From a virus (Duplodnaviria > Caudoviricetes), in IMG/VR virus record IMGVR_UViG_3300025671_000087, positions 1-53,840 of that record: 53,840 bases of DNA; one strand, given 5' to 3'. Under the pieces are notes generated by a model. The model saw nothing but the letters and a program-made list of their open reading frames with translations. It was not told where the DNA came from and did no database searches. Shown here piece by piece: positions 1 to 7,120 of this stretch. The translations under genes and the position numbers were made by a program. Positions within the stretch are counted from its first letter, which is position 1. Each line of letters begins with the position of its first letter.

Positions 1-33
1 TCAGATTTTACCTATTTTTATTTGTATGATAGT

Positions 34-498
34 TTATGCCGCCTGTTTAGCTTGCTGTTGAATTGCCGCAATCAAAGCAATAGGATCATACCCACGTTTT
101 AGCAAGTTGGTGGCAGCTTTGATATAGTCCAACTCGGTATCGGACTTTTCACCGGCAAAAGCCTTGGCCCAATTTGCTCCACGCATGGATGTTTCATCGC
201 CCACCAATTTTGCAAGGGTATCAACCGCCGCATTGCTTAGGGTAGCATCTTTAATTTTAATTGCGATACCGCCTGTTTTTGTTTTTGTGACTTTTGAGCC
301 GTCAAAGATTGCCGCAAACGTCACCCTGATTGCCCTTTCAGCCTGAGCATCACTCTTAGCTTTACAGGCGTTTAACAGTTTGACAATCACTGTAGTATCA
401 CGTTCAGCAATTACATGGTCAATTGCATCTTTGAACGCAACTCCCATTGCTTTGCCATTGCCAAGTGAACGATTAAAATTTGTGATAATAGTTTTCAT
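34..498 (-). CDS. hypothetical early protein (154 aa)
   Basis: Long ORF; ATG at 498 preceded by AAAGGACATGGGAAA is preferred to the track start at 555; no recognisable motif. Confidence 0.75.
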   Translation of the reverse strand: MKTIITNFNRSLGNGKAMGVAFKDAIDHVIAERDTTVIVKLLNACKAKSDAQAERAIRVTFAAIFDGSKVTKTKTGGIAIKIKDATLSNAAVDTLAKLVGDETSMRGANWAKAFAGEKSDTELDYIKAATNLLKRGYDPIALIAAIQQQAKQAA

Positions 499-534
499 TT
501 TCCCATGTCCTTTTCTGTTGGGGTTATTGTTTCG

Positions 535-1036
535 GTTGAAACATCGATAGGCCAAAGCAATTGCAATGGCCTACTGGATTTTCCAACCTTGTGGCGTTTA
601 TCCCTATCACTCAATCCGTATCAATAGGATTGAATGGATATGCCACTTGATATGAACCTCAATTCATACCGCATTGCATATCAGGACTATTACCTTTTAC
701 ATTTCGGGCTTTGCATTTGCCACCCGTGACCCTTTCCCCCATGGCCCTAAAACTATTATTGGCAATCTCTAAACTTCTTTCGATTTTTCTGGACTACTTC
801 TATTTGAAGTCACGCAGATTGTAAGAGCTATTGCCTAAGTCTTTGGGCAGGTGTCGGTCAAATCAGATTGTCAGTCTGATTGTCAGTTTACCGATATGGA
901 TTGAACTACCCTCATATTCCCACTGACTAAGGAATATAAACTTGGTTTTGTGATTGGCCGCAATTCCTAGTGGAATATTGACCGAAAACCTTGGTAGCTC
1001 AAAAATGTCAAATAACAGGCTATTAACTAGCTCTTA
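535..1036. ncRNA. candidate large structured RNA or structured early leader
   Basis: No ORF in the track here; many nested inverted repeats (see findings); most likely transcribed on the - strand. Confidence 0.4.
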
Positions 1037-1334
1037 AGGGACTTAAACGGGATAAAGTAGCAGCTATATATTCTGTTTGCGACTATTCATGTCTCTTTTG
1101 CGACAATTAGCATATTTTTTTAGTTTTTATTGCATTTTTATTTATTTGTTAATTAAATCAAGTATTTATACCCTTAAATAAATAAACAGAATAAAAACAG
1201 TAAGTTGCAGGGAATGGACTTTTTATAGGGTGACATAGCCTAAAACCTCTTTCGGGCTTGTACAGGGCTTATATTGAGTGTCAGGCCTATTTCACGTTTT
1301 GTTCTCGTTATGAGGCAATGCGGCAGGGTATATA

Positions 1335-1457
1335 TTAACTGAACGCCTGTTTAATTAACGTGGGGGTATACATTTACATATTCGAATGTATGAATGTATC
1401 ACTGTTGGTGGTTACTGTTGGTACTTGCCCGAGTTAATTGAACGCACGTTCAGTTAA
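1335..1457. promoter_or_regulatory. two copies of a 24-bp imperfect palindrome (operator-like)
   Basis: TTAACTGAAC-GCCT-GTTTAATTAA at 1335-1358 and TTAATTGAAC-GCAC-GTTCAGTTAA at 1434-1457. Confidence 0.5.
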
Positions 1458-1690
1458 TTGTTACAGTATAACACATTCGCATATTCATATGTAATCATAT
1501 ATTGTATAATACATCCATATATAAGAATACGTTGATATACGAACACATTCAAATTCTTGAATATGTCTGATAGTATTCACGATCTTGAATATGTTACGGG
1601 GGGTATGGGCCAGGGGGGTGTGCGTAGATAGTATATATGCCCAATGACAGAGATGGGATTTTTTAGTTTCGGTCAAAATGTCGCACCTAA

Positions 1691-1733
1691 ATGTGATCAC
1701 ATCGTGTTATCCATTATATTTTGTGATCACAAA
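1691..1733. repeat. two TGTGATCACA palindromes 30 bp apart
   Basis: ATGTGATCACAT at 1691-1702 and TTTGTGATCACAAA at 1720-1733. Confidence 0.6.
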
Positions 1734-1772
1734 TAAAATATCAATAAAAATAAAAATATTTTTGTCTACCCC

Positions 1773-1802
1773 TTGACGCCGGGGCATAGAGTATTATATA
1801 AT
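1773..1802 (+). promoter_or_regulatory. sigma70-type promoter
   Basis: TTGACG-N18-TATAAT with an upstream A/T-tract UP-like element. Confidence 0.6.
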
Positions 1803-1817
1803 ACTTAATGTAATTAT

Positions 1818-1920
1818 ACTTTAAGTAACTCTATGTTACTTAAAGTACCCTAAAGTAACTTTAAGTTTCTATTATCTCTTATATATTAATAGTTATTAAG
1901 TACTTTAAGTAACTTTAAGT
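1818..1920. repeat. 10-bp phased ACTTWAAGT repeat array
   Basis: Copies or variants at 1818, 1828, 1838, 1848, 1858, 1902 and 1912. Confidence 0.75.
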
Positions 1921-1968
1921 AGTACTTTATAGACGTACAAAGTTTTTTCTGTCGTCCAATTTAAAGTA

Positions 1969-1997
1969 TTGACTTTACCCCTCCCCCAAGGTATAAC
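1969..1997 (+). promoter_or_regulatory. sigma70-type promoter for the lysis/late arm
   Basis: TTGACT-N17-TATAAC(T). Confidence 0.65.
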
Positions 1998-2000
1998 TAT

Positions 2001-2255
2001 ATGAGAAAAAGACACATGTACGCCTCGGATAATGTCGTCGAAGAGTTCTATAGAGCTTTAGCCGACAAGAACGAAGGCAAAGTACGTAGAGTACACATAC
2101 CAAGATCCGATGTATTTTACGTAAGAGAAGCTATATTTCAAGACACTGGTACTAAATACTCTCTAGACAGAGTAGAAAGAGCAATGTTCCTAGAAGGAAT
2201 GCTCAATGCTAGAGACGTTTTTGACCCAGAACGAAAAAGAGATTGGGAAGATTGA
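2001..2255 (+). CDS. hypothetical protein
   Basis: First ORF of the + arm; the start may be the second ATG (2016), given the promoter position. Confidence 0.75.
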   Translation: MRKRHMYASDNVVEEFYRALADKNEGKVRRVHIPRSDVFYVREAIFQDTGTKYSLDRVERAMFLEGMLNARDVFDPERKRDWED

Positions 2256-2500
2256 TGGCTAAAACAGTATTAGACGACTGGAAGGTACTTCCAAGGCTAA
2301 TGATGCTGGCAGTGACTGTCCTGACTTATCAGGCGGTACATTGGTTCATGTCGTTACCTGACCCTAGTGTAGCTCAATCAGGTCTTGTATCGGTCTGTAT
2401 GGGTGCTTTAACTGGTTGCTTTGGTATTTGGATGGGTAAAGAGTCTAAAACAACTGTAACTCCCACAAGAGTCGTTCACGAAGAGAAGTATAGCAAATGA
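2255..2500 (+). CDS. small membrane protein (two TM segments; holin/antiholin candidate)
   Basis: Two hydrophobic segments; TGATG coupling at 2255; lies in the lysis cassette. Confidence 0.65.
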   Translation: MAKTVLDDWKVLPRLMMLAVTVLTYQAVHWFMSLPDPSVAQSGLVSVCMGALTGCFGIWMGKESKTTVTPTRVVHEEKYSK

Positions 2501-2853
2501 TTGGTCAGATTATAGGTGCTGTAGGTGGACTAGCTACCAGTTATCTTGATGGTAAGGTAGCAGTACAGAAAGCCAACGCAGAAATCAAAGTAAAACAAGC
2601 TACAGGTGAGATTGACTGGGACATTGCTGCAATGAACAGCACCCAGAACTCCTGGAAAGACGAGTGGATCACTCTACTTTTCTCTATTCCCCTTATTTTA
2701 GCCTTCTGTGGAGACTGGGGTAACGAAATTGTACAAGCTGGCTTTACATCTTTAGAAGCTATGCCCACTTGGTATCAATATTCACTAGGTGGTATTGTTA
2801 GTGCCAGCATTGGTATGAGATCAGTATCTAAATTCTTTACAGGGAAGAAATAA
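2497..2853 (+). CDS. putative holin
   Basis: SWKDEW motif followed by TM segments and a basic C-terminus; directly upstream of the endolysin. Confidence 0.6.
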   Translation: MIGQIIGAVGGLATSYLDGKVAVQKANAEIKVKQATGEIDWDIAAMNSTQNSWKDEWITLLFSIPLILAFCGDWGNEIVQAGFTSLEAMPTWYQYSLGGIVSASIGMRSVSKFFTGKK

Positions 2854-3305
2854 TGTCCTTTAAATTATCAAATCGCAGTCTTGCTAAGATGGAAGGCGTA
2901 GATGAAAGCCTAGTTGCTGTAGTCAAACGTGCTATCGAGCTTACCAAAGTAGACTTTGGGGTAATCTATGGTTTGAGAACAGTAGAAGAGCAAGAGAAGC
3001 TTGTAGCTGCTGGTAAATCCCAAACTATGAAGTCCAAACACCTAGAAGGTAGAGCCGTAGACCTTATGGCCTATGTGGATGGTAAAGGTGTCTGGGAACT
3101 GAATGTCTACGATGACCTTTGTGACGCAATGAAAGAGGCAGCTAAAGAACTTGGTGTAGCAATCAAGTGGGGTGCAGCCTGGTCTGAAGGAGATATTCGG
3201 ACTTATCCTGGTACAGCTGAAGATGCAATGATGGCCTACGTAGACTTACGTAGAAGCCAAGGGCGTAGACCCTTCATTGATGGCCCTCACTTTGAATTAA
3301 TGTAA
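2853..3305 (+). CDS. endolysin, peptidase M15 family (L-Ala-D-Glu peptidase-like)
   Basis: GLRTxEEQ, SKHLEGRAVD, WGAAW and DGPHFEL motifs. Confidence 0.9.
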   Translation: MSFKLSNRSLAKMEGVDESLVAVVKRAIELTKVDFGVIYGLRTVEEQEKLVAAGKSQTMKSKHLEGRAVDLMAYVDGKGVWELNVYDDLCDAMKEAAKELGVAIKWGAAWSEGDIRTYPGTAEDAMMAYVDLRRSQGRRPFIDGPHFELM

Positions 3306-3308
3306 GCC

Positions 3309-3539
3309 ATGTATGAGATGTTAGAAATACTTATGCAATGGCTGGTTGCCCCTGTAATCGTAGTTATTTGGATGCTTTACAACAAAGTAAACGATAACGA
3401 AAAAGATATTGCAGTTATTAAAGCTCAACACGCATCAAGTTCTCTTCATCACGACAGAGAAATGAAAGAGATGAGAGATACCATCAAGGCTATCTTCAAC
3501 AAATTAGATAATATAGAGCAGTCTCTAAGGAATCGGTAA
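3309..3539 (+). CDS. membrane-anchored coiled-coil protein
   Basis: N-terminal TM segment followed by a heptad pattern. Confidence 0.7.
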   Translation: MYEMLEILMQWLVAPVIVVIWMLYNKVNDNEKDIAVIKAQHASSSLHHDREMKEMRDTIKAIFNKLDNIEQSLRNR

Positions 3540-3898
3540 TGGAAAACTTAAAGTTACCTGTAGCCCTCGTGATTGCTATGGCTGCACAGCTTGCGGCAGG
3601 CGTGTGGTGGGTATCCCAACAAGCAGCTACTATTTCTAACCTAGAGGAGACAGTAAGTCAGCTAGGTTCACGTATGGCTATCGAGGACAACGTAAACCTT
3701 AAACGTGATGTCGCAGGTAATAGTGTAGAAATACAGTACGTATGGAATGATGTAGAAGAGTTATGGGAAGAGTTAGATGCTTTAACTCGTACCATCTCAG
3801 GTATTACTGCACTACAACAACGTGTAGCTCTCATAGAGAATGACTTTAAGTATATAAACCGTGACCACAACTCTATTATAGGTCCAATGGAGAAATAG
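3539..3898 (+). CDS. membrane-anchored coiled-coil protein (i-spanin-like candidate)
   Basis: N-terminal TM segment and long coiled coil; downstream of the endolysin. Confidence 0.65.
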   Translation: MENLKLPVALVIAMAAQLAAGVWWVSQQAATISNLEETVSQLGSRMAIEDNVNLKRDVAGNSVEIQYVWNDVEELWEELDALTRTISGITALQQRVALIENDFKYINRDHNSIIGPMEK

Positions 3899-3900
3899 AT

Positions 3901-4074
3901 TTGTTGTGCGTGTTGGCCTTTGTTTCATTCGGTCACGCATGGACTGTAAGTGGTAATAGATTGTTTCAGTATTGTTACTACGACTGTGGGTTACCTAAGA
4001 ATGGTTTATTTTACGATAGGGTATACAGAGTAGGCTATAATTATTCTTGCCCTATTGAAATTAAATTCAAATAG
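3901..4074 (+). CDS. small Cys-containing, possibly exported protein (57 aa, not in ORF track)
   Basis: TTG start after GGAG; (M)LCVLAFVSFGHAWTVSGNRLFQYCYYDCG...SCPIEIKFK. Confidence 0.55.
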   Translation: MLCVLAFVSFGHAWTVSGNRLFQYCYYDCGLPKNGLFYDRVYRVGYNYSCPIEIKFK

Positions 4075-4179
4075 AGGTATACTTAACATAATTGGGCGTA
4101 AAAGTAATTTATAATTACTACCAATTTAAATAAGGAGTAGGGGTAAATAGTGAACGTCCCACGTTCCCCCTAGAATTAC

Positions 4180-4422
4180 ATGAGAAATTACAAAAAAGAA
4201 TACGGTAATTACCAAGGCACTGCCCAGCAGAAGAAGAATCGTGCTTCTAGGAATGCTGCACGTAATGCTCTTAAAAAGGTTGGAGTGGTTAAGAAGGGTG
4301 ACGGTAAGGATGTAAATCACCGTAACGGTAACCCCAGGGATAACTCACCTAAGAACCTATCTGTAACAACTAAACGTGCAAACAGATCTTTTCCTAGAAA
4401 TAGTAAAGCAGGTAAAAAATAA
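4180..4422 (+). CDS. small basic HNH-like protein
   Basis: GDGKDVNH-x-NGNP-x2-N-x3-NL-x7-NRS beta-beta-alpha-Me pattern. Confidence 0.75.
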   Translation: MRNYKKEYGNYQGTAQQKKNRASRNAARNALKKVGVVKKGDGKDVNHRNGNPRDNSPKNLSVTTKRANRSFPRNSKAGKK

Positions 4423-4718
4423 TGGCTATCCCTGAAAGAGTTAAAACTAAGATGAAGGACGCAGGACTTAAAGGCGTCAACAAACCACAACGTCTTAATG
4501 ACGACAGTGGTAAGTCTCATCATGTTATGGCTTCTGAGGGTGGTAAGTACAAGTATATCAAGTTTGGTGAAAAAGGTGCATCAACTGCAGGTAAACCTAA
4601 AGCTGGTGAATCTGACAAGATGAAAAAGAAACGTGCAAGTTTCAAGGCTAGACACGGTAAGAATATTAAAAAGGGTAAAATGTCTGCTGCTTATTGGGCA
4701 GACAAGGTAAAGTGGTGA
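4422..4718 (+). CDS. small basic conserved phage protein
   Basis: KRASFKARH...SAAYWADKVKW pattern; Lys-rich. Confidence 0.8.
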   Translation: MAIPERVKTKMKDAGLKGVNKPQRLNDDSGKSHHVMASEGGKYKYIKFGEKGASTAGKPKAGESDKMKKKRASFKARHGKNIKKGKMSAAYWADKVKW

Positions 4719-4906
4719 TGTGGATAGCTGTCGTCTTAGCTTGCAGCACTCAGATGGCCACATCTTGTCAGGTATTTGCCAATACAAAAGAGATGTTTTA
4801 TGAACAATTTGCCTGTAACGATGACGCAACTAAGATGGCTGAGTACTTAGTAGCTCAGGGTGTAGTTGCAGTGCCTCTTTGCTTTGAAGTGGGAAAATCA
4901 ACATAA
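4718..4906 (+). CDS. small Cys-containing, signal-peptide-like protein
   Basis: TGATG coupling; MWIAVVLAC N-terminus; four Cys. Confidence 0.65.
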   Translation: MWIAVVLACSTQMATSCQVFANTKEMFYEQFACNDDATKMAEYLVAQGVVAVPLCFEVGKST

Positions 4907-5082
4907 TGAAAAAGAAGTCTACAGTAAATGCAGCTGGTAACTATACCAAACCAACTATGCGTAAGAACCTTGTCGCCAAAGTTAAGGCGGGTGGAAAAGG
5001 TGGCAAACCTGGACAATGGTCTGCGAGAAAAGCCCAAATGGTTGCAAAGCAATACAAAGCAAAAGGCGGTGGATATAAGTAA
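4906..5082 (+). CDS. small basic protein, DUF5872-like N-terminal half (58 aa, not in ORF track)
   Basis: MKKKSTVNAAGNYTKPTMRKNLVAKVKAGGKGGKPGQWSARKAQMVAKQYKAKGGGYK; TAATG coupling at both ends. Confidence 0.8.
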   Translation: MKKKSTVNAAGNYTKPTMRKNLVAKVKAGGKGGKPGQWSARKAQMVAKQYKAKGGGYK

Positions 5083-5213
5083 TGGCAAAAGCTAAGAAAC
5101 TTACAGTAGCTGAAAAGTACCGTCAATTAAAAGCCCAAACTGAATCAGCCGGTATGAAGGTAGAGGAAGTTGACGGTAAAATTGTAGTAAGACGTAAGGC
5201 TAAGAAAAAATGA
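5082..5213 (+). CDS. small basic protein (43 aa, not in ORF track)
   Basis: MAKAKKLTVAEKYRQLKAQTESAGMKVEEVDGKIVVRRKAKKK; coupled to both neighbours. Confidence 0.7.
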   Translation: MAKAKKLTVAEKYRQLKAQTESAGMKVEEVDGKIVVRRKAKKK

Positions 5214-5440
5214 AGAAACCACAGAAGTCTCTAAAAGACTGGGGCAAACAAAAGTGGAGAACTTCAGACGGATCTCCCTCAAAGGGTAAAAAAAGATACC
5301 TGCCAGACTCGGCATGGAAATCTTTGTCGCCTGGAGAAAAGGCAGCTACCAACAAAGCTAAGGCAACAGGTAATGCTAAAGGTAAACAATTTGTAAAACA
5401 GCCCAAGAAGATTGCAGCTAAAACCAGGAAGTTTAGATGA
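5210..5440 (+). CDS. small basic protein, DUF5872-like C-terminal half
   Basis: QKSLKDWGKQKWRT...RYLPDSAWKSLS...GKQFVKQP. Confidence 0.8.
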   Translation: MKKPQKSLKDWGKQKWRTSDGSPSKGKKRYLPDSAWKSLSPGEKAATNKAKATGNAKGKQFVKQPKKIAAKTRKFR

Positions 5441-5727
5441 TGAAAAAGACTCAATGTCCAAAGTGTAAAGGTAAAGGATGCTCCCATTGTGGTGGCAAAG
5501 GTTATCATACTGGTATGAACAAAGGTGGTGTTATGAATGAAGGTATGAAGGCTCTAAAGAAAAAAGCCCCAGCAGTAGCTAAGAAGATGGGCTACAAACA
5601 CGGTGGTACAACTGCTAAAAAAGGTATGTCTTACGGAGGTATGGCTAAAAAGAAAATTGGCATGAAAGATGGTGGTATGGCTAACTGTGGTGCTTCCATG
5701 AAACCTAATAGGATGTCCAGGTCATGA
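5437..5727 (+). CDS. small basic protein with CxxCxGxG zinc-finger repeats and four xxxGG motifs
   Basis: CPKCKGKG-CSHCGGKG; MNKGG, YKHGG, MSYGG, MKDGG. Confidence 0.75.
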   Translation: MMKKTQCPKCKGKGCSHCGGKGYHTGMNKGGVMNEGMKALKKKAPAVAKKMGYKHGGTTAKKGMSYGGMAKKKIGMKDGGMANCGASMKPNRMSRS

Positions 5728-5990
5728 GACTGGAGAACGATAAAGTAGTAGATCATATTGGTACTGTCCTTGCCGAAAAAATACGGGGTGAGTGGCACAC
5801 TAAAGATGATGCAGTCATGCAGTTTATTTTAACTTTGGAAGGCGGTGATCCTATTCTAGAGGAAGAGGACGAACTGGAGATGGTTCGTGCTCGTAACGAT
5901 AAAGGTCATTACATTGCGGATGATCCTGACACGGAAGTAAACGAAGCTTGGATAGTAAAAACAGTAAAGAAGGCTGCTAAAAAGAAATGA
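5724..5990 (+). CDS. hypothetical protein
   Basis: Coupled ORF with a RARNDKGHYIADDPDTEVNEAW segment. Confidence 0.75.
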   Translation: MRLENDKVVDHIGTVLAEKIRGEWHTKDDAVMQFILTLEGGDPILEEEDELEMVRARNDKGHYIADDPDTEVNEAWIVKTVKKAAKKK

Positions 5991-6346
5991 GTGTACTCAA
6001 TCAGGGCAAACCAGCACGTATGCGTTCTGTGTATGGTCACAACAGTGGCACTGCTACAGAGGTTGTATATACATGTCCTGCTAACTGTGTAGCTGAGGTT
6101 ACGTTTATCCATGTAGTCAACGGTGGTGGAAGTACAAACTCTGTAGATGTAGAGTGGTATGTAGCAGCTGATAACTACACGTCTCACTTTCTTTCAGGTA
6201 AGAGTTTAAATGCAGGTGATTACGTTACCTTTTCCGACATCGACCTAGTACTGCAGCCGGGTGACAAGATACAAAACGTACCTACTTCTGCTGGTCATAT
6301 TGACACTATCCTTACTGTAACAGAGACCTTTGTTCCAGTAGGGTAA
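5987..6346 (+). CDS. hypothetical beta-rich, possibly virion protein
   Basis: Coupled ORF; Thr/Val-rich beta-strand pattern. Confidence 0.75.
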   Translation: MSVLNQGKPARMRSVYGHNSGTATEVVYTCPANCVAEVTFIHVVNGGGSTNSVDVEWYVAADNYTSHFLSGKSLNAGDYVTFSDIDLVLQPGDKIQNVPTSAGHIDTILTVTETFVPVG

Positions 6347-6351
6347 CGGGG

Positions 6352-6380
6352 TTGCACTATTGTCAATAGTGTGGTATAAC
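6352..6380 (+). promoter_or_regulatory. promoter with a palindromic operator in its spacer
   Basis: TTGCAC-N17-TATAAC(T); CACTATTG-T-CAATAGTG inverted repeat at 6355-6371. Confidence 0.65.
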
Positions 6381-6389
6381 TAAGTATGG

Positions 6390-6445
6390 TATAACTCCTG
6401 TGTATACAAACGTGTATACATGATGTTCATGAAACAGGAGTTATA
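6390..6445 (+). promoter_or_regulatory. structured 5' UTR sequestering the Shine-Dalgarno sequence
   Basis: TATAACTCCTGT (6390-6401) is the exact reverse complement of ACAGGAGTTATA (6434-6445). Confidence 0.7.
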
Positions 6446-6448
6446 AAC

Positions 6449-6598
6449 ATGAAATGGTTAATCAATTGGTTTGAAGCAGTAGCTGTAGCACAACAACGCC
6501 GTGCAGACTATTGGCTTTTAAAGAATATGTCCGATAAAGAATTGAAGGACATTGGAATATCCCGTGGAGAGATTGCTCAAAAAGTCTTTTTAGGTTAA
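6449..6598 (+). CDS. DUF1127 (YjiS-like) small protein (49 aa, not in ORF track)
   Basis: MKWLINWFEAVAVAQQRRADYWLLKNMSDKELKDIGISRGEIAQKVFLG carries the L-x2-(M/L)SD-x2-LKDIG(I/L)-x-R-x-(D/E)I hallmark; strong AGGAG SD. Confidence 0.85.
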   Translation: MKWLINWFEAVAVAQQRRADYWLLKNMSDKELKDIGISRGEIAQKVFLG

Positions 6599-6642
6599 AA
6601 TCTATATTATAAATAGGTAGATGAGACTTTGGGAGGAGGCTC

Positions 6643-7116
6643 GTGGATCCAATTACCATAATGGCTGGAGCATCAGCTGCGTTTAATGCCATAAAAAAGG
6701 GTATTGAGGTAGGCAGAGGCTTGCAAGATATGTCTGGCCAATTGTCTCAGTGGGCAGGAGCCATGTCTGACTTAGGTCGGGCAGAAACAAAAGCTAAAAA
6801 CCCCCCTTGGTGGAAATCACTAAGTGGGGGTGTAGAACAAGAAGCTATGCAAATTTTTGCTGCTAAGAAAAAAGCAGAAGAAATGCGTAAGGAGCTTAAG
6901 CAATACATATCATTTAGTATGGGTCCATCAGCTTGGGAAGAACTTCTCCGAATTGAATCCCAGGTACGTAAGAGAAAACAAGAGCAGGAGTACCGCAAAG
7001 AAGAAATAAAAGAAGCTATTATTAACTGGTCTGTTGGCATATTAGCTGCCCTTGTAGGATTAGTTATATTAACTGTAGGTTTTTATTTTCTCGGTACACA
7101 ACAAGGAAAGTGGTGA
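6643..7116 (+). CDS. conserved phage protein with coiled coil and C-terminal TM segment
   Basis: GGAGG SD, GTG start, hydrophobic C-terminus. Confidence 0.8.
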   Translation: MDPITIMAGASAAFNAIKKGIEVGRGLQDMSGQLSQWAGAMSDLGRAETKAKNPPWWKSLSGGVEQEAMQIFAAKKKAEEMRKELKQYISFSMGPSAWEELLRIESQVRKRKQEQEYRKEEIKEAIINWSVGILAALVGLVILTVGFYFLGTQQGKW

Positions 7117-7120
7117 CACT

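Noticed and set aside
1023-1037. CtrA box TTAA-N7-TTAA
   Set aside because: A single match in AT-rich DNA that overlaps a predicted RNA helix; the other TTAA pairs have 5- or 6-nt spacing.
1485-1700. 71-aa minus-strand ORF in the control region
   Set aside because: Overlaps repeats and G tracts, with atypical composition and no SD.
1818-1920. CRISPR array or mini-array
   Set aside because: Units are 9-10 bp, adjacent and without unique spacers; no cas genes (the Cas4-like nuclease sits in an ordinary replication context).
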